NCBI GenBank assembly: GCA_043228905.1
Contig: JBHGNT010000022.1
Location: 12,028,001-12,092,000, forward strand
Direction: 5' to 3'
DNA length: 64,000 nucleotides
DNA from: Azolla caroliniana
Lineage: Eukaryota > Plantae > Polypodiophyta
Below the pieces are notes generated by a model. The model ran no database searches. It worked only from the letters and a program-made list of their open reading frames with translations, and was not told the origin of the DNA. Position numbers and translations under genes: made by a program. This document shows, one piece after another, positions 38,871 through 50,227 of this stretch (its first letter is position 1; each line of letters begins with the position of its first letter).

Positions 38871-41800
38871 TAGGGTGGCAATTCTATTCACATGCTCTGT
38901 CAATAAGGCCATTCTATTCAAACGCTAGGGCACAGGAACAGGTCCGAGAGTCTATGTCCCTGCAACCACACACGCTCTCTGCTCTGGGAGATAATACTTA
39001 CCTCTACGTGTGGGCTTTTGTTTGCCTTTATGCATATCTCGCCCACCCCTTGCCCCTGTCCCGGCATCTTTGTCGTAGGGAATAACATTACGAACAAATT
39101 CTATAGCTAATCTTAACGTACTATATATGTATAGTTTGGTAGTCGAGGAACCAGTTGTAATAGGAACTAGGACAAACCCATAAGGACGAATGATGTGTGG
39201 CAATTTGAAAGTCTTCTGTGTTGGGATATATATATTAAGGGGGGGTTGTTTACCCCTCCCCCTTCATTACGACAAGCAAAGGTATAAAACACAAGCTATT
39301 ATCCGGTGGCCTAGGACATTTATGGTATTTTATGTTTGTCTTGTGCCCTTCGCTCAGGAGTGTTCGGTGTGGTTAAGCACCCTTAATCCATTCGTTTTTT
39401 GAATCTCTTATTCTTCTTTCGCTCATCATTAGTTCGATCCCGTAATGCTACAACACATATCTCTTTGTCAACTACTACATATGCTGTGGGCCACCCCCGA
39501 AATTAATGGCGCTCATTAATGGAATTCTCATGAATCCAAAATTGCTTGTCACCTCCACACATGAATGAAAAACGCATGAATGAAAAAGGTTTCTCTATGG
39601 TGCCACATAACACAAAGTACGTTCTACCTACCTATTTGTCTCCTCGTAAATCAAATGAAAATCATTTTGCTTCTTTCCCACTAAAATGTGAGCATATTAT
39701 ATTTCACAAGTTTTGAAAATATATCCATGTATTTTTTGGAAAAAAAAAGAAAAAAAAAATATATCCACGTCCTTAATGAAACTCAACACCCCAAAAAGGG
39801 GTGCATAACCAAATCGAAGGATGTTAGAGTATGCATGACCAATCGAGGAATAGAGAGAGACAATGGAGAAGACTTCTCCATGTCATCTACATTTCTTAAT
39901 TAAGCACTTACAACCCATAGTTTAATCACCATTGCGTCTACACAAATCTCTTTATTCAAATATGTATAGAAGACCAAACATATAACCTTTATAACTCTAA
40001 TATTGTGTGAAGTATTGACAGAAAATATAGCATCGCATAAGTCAACAAACACAGAGAAATAGTGAAGATGAGAGATTGTATTAATAGAGCGTGTTTGACA
40101 CGTAAATGCATGTGAGTTGGAGCTATAAACTGATGTGCTCCTAAGAACAAATGGCATGTGAATGTGCCTAGTACAAATCCAAGTGGAAAGGATGAATAAG
40201 ATGCGGTAGTACGTATTGAGCTTGTTCACCATTATCTTATACGTACAACCCATAATTGCAATTAAATGCATCCGAGTCCAATCCATTGAGCAAGGCACAA
40301 ACTAAAATACCAAAATTTTAAGTCAAAGGGTGAGCAACTCAAACGCTACATATGATGGATGGCATGTAAGTGTGATCAAAACTTGCCGTTCTTCCCTAAA
40401 ATTCTAAAATTTCCATCTAATCTATAGTCTACGTCAACTAGGACAAGGATCTTCGCCCAGGTTGATAATGAAGAGCATGTAAAATTTCCTCCTCGCAAAT
40501 AACTCTCTATAGGGAAGTAACATTTCCCCCATGAACACGATTAACACTAAACAAACAAAGCGCCATCATTATGAAACGAAAAGATGGGTCATTTGGCGTA
40601 GGACAATGACACACGAATGTTTGAACAAGACTACAAGGGATCGTAACATCAGGACCATGAAACATGGCAACAAATCTCACCAATATACTCACTCATAGAG
40701 TCGTGACAAAATGGTCATAAAAGACTCGGGATTACTGTGAATCAGTAATTATCAATGCGATCCTTTCATTGTGTCAGACACGGAGAAGTCCAAACTCGAA
40801 CCTAATCTTCGTGTTGTTAAAGGATTGATTGAAGCCCCTCGAGTCAGGATCCGAAAAAGCAAAGAAGATCGGATCAATCAGAGCTGGAGACATTCCAATT
40901 TCCAAACATTGGAGGTCAAAGAGAGGGGCATTTGGAGAAATAATGAAAAGCTCAGGGGTAGAGAACAGAAAATAGCGAGGCCTCTCTTCTGTCGCTCTCT
41001 GTGGTATGTATATAAAAGGAGTGGATATGCATCTAATGTTATTATATAAAACGTTTTTATCTGATGATGTGATGGTGTTGTCTGCTTTCTTTCATACAGT
41101 GTGGTTGGCTTGCATGCATGTATTGATTTAGCTTATGAGGAGAACAGGGAGGATTTGTATACTTATTACCTCCCAAGGGTTACCAGAGACGAAGGTATGA
41201 ATCTCCATGTATGCATGCATATTGGTCTTAACTCTTTTTAAAGACGATTGTGAAAACTTATGCCTTCCTTTTTTTTTTTACTTTTTCTTTCTTGAATCAG
41301 GACTATATGGGTGTTTCTTCTTCTGCCTATAAGAGGAAAAGAGAATTTCAAAGAATTTTTCCTCTATGTAGATGGGTCTGGGGATGTTTGCAAAACCTGT
41401 TGTTTTAGGTATAGATTATGTTTATAGTGCATTCATTAAGTTTATTTCATACGATTAGCTTTGCATTCATTAAAGGAACAGTAATTTTCAAAATTTGAAT
41501 GACATTTCTGGAAAATTTCAATATAGTAGGGATATTGGTCCCTAAATTGTTTTGTGGTTAGGAACATGGTGGTGGTTCTCAAAAATGCTACATGTATGTT
41601 CGAACAAAAAAAACACTATTCGATGAATAAAGAGAACCCTTGAACTAAATGAGGAGAGAAAGCATGGCAATGGTGCCATAGTAGCAAGCACCAGAAATTT
41701 GATGGTCATTTCGCAACTCGATGACATTGATGATGCTTATACTTTAGCATTGTTTGTTGGATCGAACAAGATTAAGATTCCCATGAGAATGTAAGATTCT

Positions 41801-41982
41801 TGTGATCGAATACTATTTTTCTCTCTTAGATGATGCTCTCTCAAACTTAATTTGTTTCGTTAAATTGTTGAAAAAGCATGTTATGAATGAATAAACTGCT
41901 ATTGCTTTGCCAAACAATTTCTCTCTAATTTTGTTTTGTACTTCATAATTGTTGGGGGAAAAAGCATGTAAATGCAGAGGAA

Positions 41983-42310
41983 GATAACTATATGAGAAGC
42001 TAAGGGGTATTTTTTGGTGTTTTCCCTGTCCTTTGTCTTGTATTTTGGGGCAATATTCTAGGTATAAGGAATTTTATTGCCATTAGGGGCACTATAGATA
42101 ACTATATGAGAAGCTAAGGGGTATTTTTTGGTGTTTTCCCTGTCCTTTTCTTGTATTTTGGGGCTAAATATTCTAGGTATAAGGAATTTTATTGCCATTA
42201 GGGGCACTATAGATAACTATATGAGAAGCTAAGGGGTATTTTGGTGTTTTCCCTGTCCTTTTCTTGTAATTTGGGGCTAAATATTCTAGGTATAAGGAAT
42301 TTTATTGACA
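41983..42310. repeat. ~113-bp tandem repeat, 3 copies
   Basis: GATAACTATATGAGAAGCTAAGGGGTATT...AAGGAATTTTATTG occurs three times. Confidence 0.88.
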
Positions 42311-43464
42311 TTATCATATAGAACCTTGGTTCGTATCGTGCCAATTTACTAGATGACTTTGTATGGAATCTTGGAGTGTTAAAAATGTACACAACCCACT
42401 CAGTCATTTTGTTTTGTTTCCATTCTTCTCCGTTTTTGACACTTTTCTCTCTTGGCAGGTAACAAAAGGTAAAAGGTAAATGGAAGTGAATCTTTGAAGG
42501 ATGGAATAATATGGCTGAATAACAAAGATTTCTTGTTTACCAAGGTGGTTCTAAAAACATAACTTATTCTTCTTACAAGATTTTTGCTCATATGTAAAGA
42601 AAATGTGTAATGGGCATTACACTAATTTGTGGATAGCAGGCAAATGGAGAATTTGACTTCTTTTAATTATACGATCAATGGAGTATCCGAGCATATATGG
42701 GTGGGTAGGGTTAGTTGTGTATAAAACACGGTAACAAATGTTTACTGGTATACAGAACTTACAAATAATCTTGAGCATTTCTCGACATTTTGTATTCAAT
42801 TCATTCGGGATCGTATTTGCCGATCACAATGTAAAGATTTATCACCAACCGGCTGCGCACCCAAGTGTAATAGTGAGAAGTTTATCCTCAGGCATTCGAT
42901 TGAGAGGCATTTGTTGAATGAAAGGGGTGTTTATTTAAGAAAAAGCGAAGCAAAGATTCCCATGACAATGAAATGTGAAGGTTTGGCATCCAGAAATAAA
43001 CGATTGTTCATTCAAGAGCCTTATAAACAAACGAAGGTTTTTTCTTCATTTCTAAACAGTTTTCTCTTTTTCAAGATATTTCAATGAACTTGTTATGAAA
43101 TTTTATAGAGTTGTTTGATGGTTGGTCCGAAGGGATTACCAGAATATAATTGGTTTGCTTCTCATGAGGCTCAATAATATGTTTACATCTCACGTAAGTT
43201 ATATTACAGTGTCTCAATCTTCACCAAAATGTCAAATCTATCAATGTCTACAAGCTATTCTTTCTTTGTTTGCCAATGCATATATTACTGGTGGAATTCT
43301 TCAATTTGAGTTAAAAACTCAGACATGGTTAACTTTGGGTTTGCTTAACTTTCCTATCTTGTACATCCCTCCACTATTGGAATTGAAGCACTCCACTAGT
43401 CATCAGCTTCAATTCTCCGATTTGAGTTCATGCTAGTGCTAGTCGCTAAACTCAGGCTGAAATG

Positions 43465-43955
43465 CTCCCACTATTGATGGTATATTAGTGAGTCAATATC
43501 ATATCATAACTTTTGTTTTGCCTTTTCGACATATCTACCATATGTATTCCCATCACTAAAGTGGAAGCTGTGTGTAAATAGTCAAGCTTAGTCTTGAATC
43601 TGGGATCATACCGAAACTAAGTTGGGATCATACCGAAACTAACTATTAAACTCGGGCCCAAATGCTCCCACAATTGCAAGTTATTTGAGATTGGGCAACA
43701 AAACCTCATTCCGTAGTATCGAATCAAAGGTAGTAGTAAGTATAATTTGCCTTTTCGACATATCTGTTGTATGTATTCCCTTCCACTAAAATGTAACTTG
43801 TGTGCAAATCCTCAAGGTTAGTCTTGAATCTAGGACCATACTGAAACTTAACTATTAAATTGGGGCTCAAATGCTCCCACAATTGTATGTTGTTATTTAA
43901 AGATTGGGCAACAGAACCTCATTCCGTCATAGTGAGTCAAAGGTAGTCGTAGGTA
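43465..43955. repeat. ~230-bp degenerate tandem duplication
   Basis: TTTGCCTTTTCGACATATCT...AATGCTCCCACAATTG...ATTGGGCAACA is repeated. Confidence 0.7.
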
Positions 43956-44213
43956 TCATTCGGTGGGTCGACAGAACACCAATCCTCGGTTATGAGATCA
44001 CGAATGTGGAAGCGAAGTTTTTGTTTTCTCGAGTAGAACCTCATGAAAGTTGAAGCAGCATTCCTAGAGAGATTTCCAAGGGATTTTGATCAAAGGAAAG
44101 GGGAGTTTGTTTTGTGAAATCAATCAGTCTTTTTCAAATAATAAGATAATTTTGATCAAAATAAGGTAATATATAATACATGTATTGTGATAAACAAGGT
44201 GTTCCCATTCAAA

Positions 44214-44286
44214 GGTCGCGTGGCCTAATGGATAAGGCGCTCGCCTCCGGAGCGGGAGATTGTGGGTTCGAGTCCCACCGTGATCG
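44214..44286 (+). tRNA. tRNA-Arg-CCG: tRNA-Arg (anticodon CCG)
   Basis: GGTCGCGTGGCCTAATGGATAAGGCGCTCGCCTCCGGAGCGGGAGATTGTGGGTTCGAGTCCCACCGTGATCG folds as a cloverleaf with A and B boxes. Upstream TATA and CAA, downstream T runs. Confidence 0.95.
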
Positions 44287-44599
44287 TTTCTCCTTTTATT
44301 TGTCTTTTCCTCTTTGGTTTTTGGGTCAAGAAGTTATATCATATTATGCTTTATTACTACTGTTTTTTCTTTTCCCTTTTTCAATTCTATCATGATTTGC
44401 TTTTCTTCTAAGGTTCACATTATAATTATCTTCTAAGGCAAAGCATTTTATTACAATTCTCTTTCTCTTTCTTTTTCTTCTTTTCGTAATTTGTTACACT
44501 ATTAGCACTTATGTCTTGGGTTCGAAACCCAATTTCTCACTTCTCTATTACATCTCTCTCCTCTCTCTGGGATCACTTCTCATTGAGATCTTGGCCATG

Positions 44600-45310
44600 G
44601 AAAGGGTTGTTGAATACATACTTAAGGTTCAAAAATGCCCCTCACATCGACTTCCTAGAATCATATGGGAAGCAAGCAAAACGATCTAGAAGATGCATAA
44701 AAGCAAAAATTTGTGTTCCGGTTGGATGCAAGATATGAAAAAGTGGTTTGATAAATGGGATGCAACACATTTGCTTCATGATGATGCAACACTAGATTCC
44801 TCTGTAACTGAGGCCTTTTTGCAACACCAATGTATCATGACATGGGAAAAATGTGGAGGCTCACACTTTATACATTATACTACACATGTTGCACCTAACT
44901 ACAAAACCATATTCTTTGCGGAACGGGGGAACCATACACAACGATACATATTAGAGGCCACTCAGTTGGCTTCTATTTGAACCATTGCTTCCATGTGACT
45001 TAACTCACATGCATTGTGATATGAGACGGGGCGTTGGAGCACAAGTGATGAGAGTGGTCAACATACACACCCTAAACAAGTTCGAGAGTCTGAGTAACAC
45101 ACTTTGATACAATGCTCTACCTTTGATCATATTTGACCATGCTTTCCACACATCTTCGACCAAGCCCAATCCTTGCACGAATTTCTCTCACAACCACAAT
45201 GTACACTCTTGATTGCAACATTCATTGGTAAAGTTCTTGAACATCGAGAGTCGTTACTCACTTTCACACGTATCACGTGAAATGTAATTATTTTGGTCTC
45301 ATAGGTCATA
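44600..45310 (+). mobile_element. 3' remnant of a non-LTR retrotransposon (RTE/L2-like C-terminus)
   Basis: Decayed LNSHAL*YETGRW followed by an ESE-H-C zinc-knuckle-like motif at ~45000-45120. Confidence 0.5.
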
Positions 45311-45450
45311 TTTGACCTCCGAAGACGATAATATAACCTATCTATCTATTTCTTGTAAATAATGCCTGTGATTTATATTACAGAAGAAAACACCATCATG
45401 ACCAAGCTACAACCACCTTACAAGCTGGTGGGATCTTAAATACTGTGAAT

Positions 45451-45658
45451 TAGGAATCGACAACGGTTTGGTTTTGGCTTAACTGGTTTGGCCTTGTCCA
45501 AACTTGAAACGAACTGGTTTGGCCCAAATTGGTTCGGTTCGGCGTTAGCCATCCCAAACCAAGCTCAAGCCTAAATTGAAATGAACCGAATCGCCAAACC
45601 ATTTAAAAACAATTTAACGGTTCAATTTAGGTTTGAGCCGAGTCGTTGCCGATTCCTG
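45451..45658. mobile_element. hAT-type MITE
   Basis: TIRs TAGGAATCGACAACG / CGTTGCCGATTCCTG and AACCG motifs. TSD is degenerate. Confidence 0.7.
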
Positions 45659-46049
45659 TTGGGAACTCAATCCCACCATACACACCAATTTACCTATTTA
45701 GATGACGAATATGATACGACTTGTCACCTTGCAAATTGGCTCTCTTCATGGTTAAGATTATGTATCAATCGCCAGAAAAAGAAGAAATCATTTTAAACTT
45801 TACATCATATTTCTTCACCCCAACTTGTGAAAAGACAATGAAGGCATTTTGTATATTCCAATTGAACCATAGTCCCCCAATATCTCTAGAAATAAAAAAT
45901 AATTAGGAAATGGGGCATCATACCACTTTTCTCCATATATGTTGTTGTAAACTAGTTGAATGAAGATAGTCTTACTCTAGTTAGGGACATATATACTAAA
46001 TTTATACACCTAAAATGGATGCATACAATGTTATAATTCCATTGAACAA

Positions 46050-46850
46050 AAGAAGAACCATATTATACTAGCAATATTTCTACCATTAAATATATCTACC
46101 AATGGTAAAGATCCAACCATAACACTCCAAATGAACACCTTAGCCCATAGCATAATCGAGAACACCAACCTCCCTTGATCATATGAAACGACTAGGTAAT
46201 GGGCTAATGAAAAACCTATGCCTTTATAACACTTTCTTTCATCCAATAACTTTTGTCAATCAACTTGTGATAGACATGATTTGTTTTTATTATGATCAAT
46301 CTCCTATTTCCAACAAATGCCAAAGGGTGTTCTTGCGATATGCCATCTAAAATCAGGAATTGAATGGTGCAATGGCAATAATCCTCGTAACTTCTCCCAA
46401 ATAAAGTTATAAACTCTTGAAAAACGACGTGTTGATCTTGTTATTTGGAAGGCCATTAATTTTCTTTATGAAACCACCATAGCAACCTCACTTTTATCAA
46501 ACCTAATTTGGCCAGTTGGTTCAATCGAAAATTAAGACATTGTTTACCTTCCCACCGTATAAATTGGCAGATCCCCTTTCTTGTGAAAGATGCCATAGCA
46601 CAAAATCCAACATACTCTGCCAAGATGCCATCAAATGATTATTGATCACATACCTTCCATATTTGACATGCCTCGTAGAACTAATAAATTCTACCAATTA
46701 GTTTCAACCTTCATGTTTCCAATCTCAATTCATGTTTTCTGAATAAAGTATGCCACAATTTCTATCCAAGACTGTATACTCTCAAACTTCAAACATAAAT
46801 TAAATGAAGCTAAACCAATGAGCTACCACATGCTCATGTAAATTCAATAC
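46050..46850 (-). mobile_element. Decayed L1-type LINE C-terminal remnant
   Basis: Weak minus-strand similarity to the zf-RVT region (E-H-L-W-C-like motif at ~46310-46350). Confidence 0.35.
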
Positions 46851-47201
46851 TGATGCTCCACTAAAATGTTTAAGAGTAAAAATATTATACCACGCAACCG
46901 ATATGACACTTTCTCCTTTAAATGTGACACCATTTCTGAAGCTTTTATAGAGACCCACGCTCGAGCCAACTGCACCATCGCTACATCTTGACTTTAGAGT
47001 TACATTATGCAGCCATGGACAATCCTACAATATATTTACGAGCTAAGAGTGCAACCATTTTTTACTAAATTCACAATGGTTAATGGAATGAGCGCGTAAT
47101 TATTTTCAAAACACGAGTGTCACTTTTAAGCAACTATTTTCGAAATCAAACTCAAAAGTACAATTGTTAAACTAACCACTCCAAATTTTTCACTTTGTTT
47201 A

Positions 47202-47285
47202 TGGGGTGAGAGAGTTTCGAACTCTCGACCTCAGGATTTCTCGAAGCTATGAGACCTACGCGCTGACCAACTGCGCCACCACCCC
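47202..47285 (-). tRNA. tRNA-Met-CAT: Elongator tRNA-Met (CAT) with 10-nt intron, copy 1
   Basis: Minus strand reads GGGGTGGTGGCGCAGTTGGTCAGCGCGTAGGTCTCATA[GCTTCGAGAA]ATCCTGAGGTCGAGAGTTCGAAACTCTCTCACCCCA, the plant elongator Met body with the intron at the canonical 37/38 site. Confidence 0.9.
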
Positions 47286-48185
47286 TACATGTCAGTTTTG
47301 AGTATAAGTATGAAGATTATTGCTTCAATGAAGGCGAATAGGCCCGATTCCCTAAAACTCATAGCCCAAGGATGGAGAAAGACTGTCTCGACCTCGAAGA
47401 TTGCAAATAGCAACCCTAGAATAGCTAAATAATGGTAACTTAAAATCGAGATGTGGGGGTGGTGCAGTTGGCTAGAGCATGGGTGGCAATGCGACCTTTC
47501 GTAACTAAATTTGCAATATTTTATGGCGTGACAAGTTAATCTTGTCGATTCTGGAAGCTTTCAAGTAAAATGCATACTTTTGAAACCAAAGTGTCAATTT
47601 TAAGTTCTAATATTTAAAAAGAGAATTAAACTGCCAATTTTAAGCTCACCCTTCCAAGTTTATGATGCGGCTCTAAGGTTTCATCGACTATATGGAGTTG
47701 GAGAGTTTGAGACCTACGAGCTCGACAATTGCCCCTCCATCCTGACTTTGATATGTGTATGCTCTGAAAAATCTAAGCTAATATTCACATCAAAGCATCT
47801 CTTTGGAGCTACTCACCTGAAGCCATGGACAATTTGGAAATATATTAAATGGGTGGCAATGCAATCTCCCTTAACTATATTTGCAATATTTTATGGCATG
47901 ATAGGGTAATCTTCGCAAAGCTTCCTAGTTAAATGCATAATCTTCCCGAACCTCAGGATTTCTCCCTGTTATGAGACCTACGTGCAACATCTTGACATCA
48001 ATCAACGTTTTCCCTAAGTTAGTTTTTTGGTAGAGCGATTGCGTAATCGTCTTGAAGTCATATTTTTGTAACTAGAATCTCTCTTTTAAGCAATTATTTT
48101 TTATATCGAAGTCAAAGTGTCTATTTTAAGCTCACTAGTTCAAGTTTAGGATGAGCTTGTAAGGTTTCATGGATTATGCGGACAA

Positions 48186-48258
48186 TGAGCTTCGAAAACT
48201 CGACCTCAAGATTTCTTGATGCTATGAGACCCACGCTCTAGCCAACTGCACCACCCCC
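48186..48258 (-). pseudogene. Decayed tRNA-Met copy (recurs at ~56980-57052, ~58800-58871 and ~60619-60689)
   Basis: GGGGGTGGTGCAGTTGGCTAGAGCGTGGGTCTCATAGCATC...GAGGTCGAG with a disrupted acceptor stem and T arm. Confidence 0.75.
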
Positions 48259-48560
48259 ACATCTTGATTTTAAGTTACCATTATGAAGCCATGGACAATC
48301 TTACAATATATTTGCGAGGTAAGAGCGCAATCTTTTTTTACTAAATTTGCAATGGTTAATTGCATGAGCACGTAATTATTTTCGAAACCCAAGTGTCAGT
48401 TTTAAGCAATTATTTTTGAAATCAAACTCAAAAGTGGAATTCTTATTTTCGAAACCCAAGTGTAAGTTTTAAGCAACTATTTTCGAAATCAAATTCAAAA
48501 GTGGAATTGTTGAACTAACCACTCAAATTTTATGACAAGGTTGTAAGGTTTCCTTGTTTA

Positions 48561-48644
48561 TGGGGTGAGAGAGTTTCGAACTCTCGACCTCAGGATTTCT
48601 CTAAGCTATGAGACCTACGCGGTAACCAACTGCGCCACCACCCC
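48561..48644 (-). tRNA. tRNA-Met-CAT: tRNA-Met (CAT) with intron, copy 2 (D-stem mismatch, possibly a pseudogene)
   Basis: As copy 1 but with TTACCGCG in the D arm and intron GCTTAGAGAA. Confidence 0.75.
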
Positions 48645-49020
48645 TACATGTTGGTTTTGAGTATAAGTATGAAGATTATTGCTTCAATGAAGGCGAATAG
48701 GCCCGATTCCCTAAAACTCATAGCCCAAGGATGGAGAAAGACTGTCTCGACCTCGAAGATTGCAAATAGCAACCCTAGAATAGCTAAGTAATAGTAACTT
48801 AAAATCGAAATGTAGGGGTGGTGCCGTTGGCTAGAGCATGGGTGTCAATGCGACCTTTCGTAACTAAATTTGCAATATTTTATGGCGTGACATGTTAATC
48901 TTGTCGATTCCCGAAGCTTTCTAGTAAAATGCATACTTTTGAAACCAAAGTTTATGATGCGGTTGTAAGGTTTCATCGATTATATGGAGTGACAAGGTCA
49001 TTGTAAGGTTTCCTTGTTTA

Positions 49021-49104
49021 TGGGGTGAGAGAGTTTCGAACTCTCGACCTCAGGATTTCTCGAAGCTATGAGATCTACGCGCTGACCAACTGCGCCACCA
49101 CCCC
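49021..49104 (-). tRNA. tRNA-Met-CAT: tRNA-Met (CAT) with intron, copy 3 (anticodon-stem variant TAGAT)
   Basis: Full 84-nt copy with a G-to-A change in the anticodon stem. Confidence 0.78.
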
Positions 49105-50227
49105 TACATGTCAGTTTTGAGTATAAGTATGAAGATTATTGCTTCAATGAAGGCGAATAGGCCCGATTCCCTAAAACTCATAGCCCAAGGATGGAGAAAG
49201 ACTGTCTCGACCTCGAAGATTGCAAATAGCAACCCTAGAATAGCTAAATAATGGTAACTTAAAATCGAGATGTGGGGGTGGTGCAGTTGGCTAGAGCATG
49301 GGTGGCAATGCGACCTTTCGTAACTAAATTTGCAATATTTTATGGCGTGACAAGTTAATCTTGTCGATTCTGGAAGCTTTCTAGTAAAATGCATACTTTT
49401 GAAACCAAAGTGTCAATTTTAAGTTCTAATATTTAAAAAGAGAATTAAACTGCCAATTTTAAGCTCACCCTTCCAAGTTTATGATGCGGCTCTAAGGTTT
49501 CATCGACTATATGGAGTTGGAGAGTTTGAGACCTACGAGCTCGACAATTGCCCCTCCATCCTGACTTTGACATGTGTATGCTCTGAAAAATCTAAGCTAA
49601 TATTCACATCAAAGCATCTCTTTGGAGCTACTCACCTGAAGGAAGCCATGGACAATTTGGAAATATATTAAATGGGTGGCAATGCAATCTCCCTTAACTA
49701 TATTTGCAATATTTTAAGGCATGATAGGGTAGTCTTCGCAAAGCTTCCTAGTTAAATGCATAATCTTCCCGAACCTCAGGATTTCTTATTATAGATCTAG
49801 GTACTAAAGTAAGCTTAAGATAAGGATAAAGAAATGAAAGATAGAAAGGAGAAAGAGAAAGAAGGGTGCCGATCCACCCGACCACCCCCGAGCGAAGGGA
49901 TCGAGACGGACTCGAGCCTCGATCGGCGTCCCATACCACCGCCGTGGCGTCGAGTCGTACCTGGTGCTGGCGCGCTCGCTACAAGAGTTGACCCACCACA
50001 CGAGCAGAGTCTCGATGTAGTCAAAAGATCCTCAAATGAGGGTAGCTAGGCCTCTTATTTATAGCGATACCCAAGGCCCCCAGGCAAGTTCACTCTTGAC
50101 CTAATGGGTTGTCTCAATCCTGATGATTAAAAGTAATCCTCCCCTTCTTTACACTCTCGTTTAACCCTCACACTTATCCACGTGTATAGAATACTACGGT
50201 AAATTCTTACCACGGGATATTATATGG

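Noticed and set aside
38890-39455. Possible solo LTR upstream of the omega-amidase
   Set aside because: LTR-like composition and a ...CAACA end, but no convincing TSD or partner in the window.
50095-50135. CTGATGA in the LTR as a hammerhead ribozyme core (retrozyme)
   Set aside because: Not conserved in the 5' LTR (CCGAGGA), and no matching GAAA and stem arrangement is visible.
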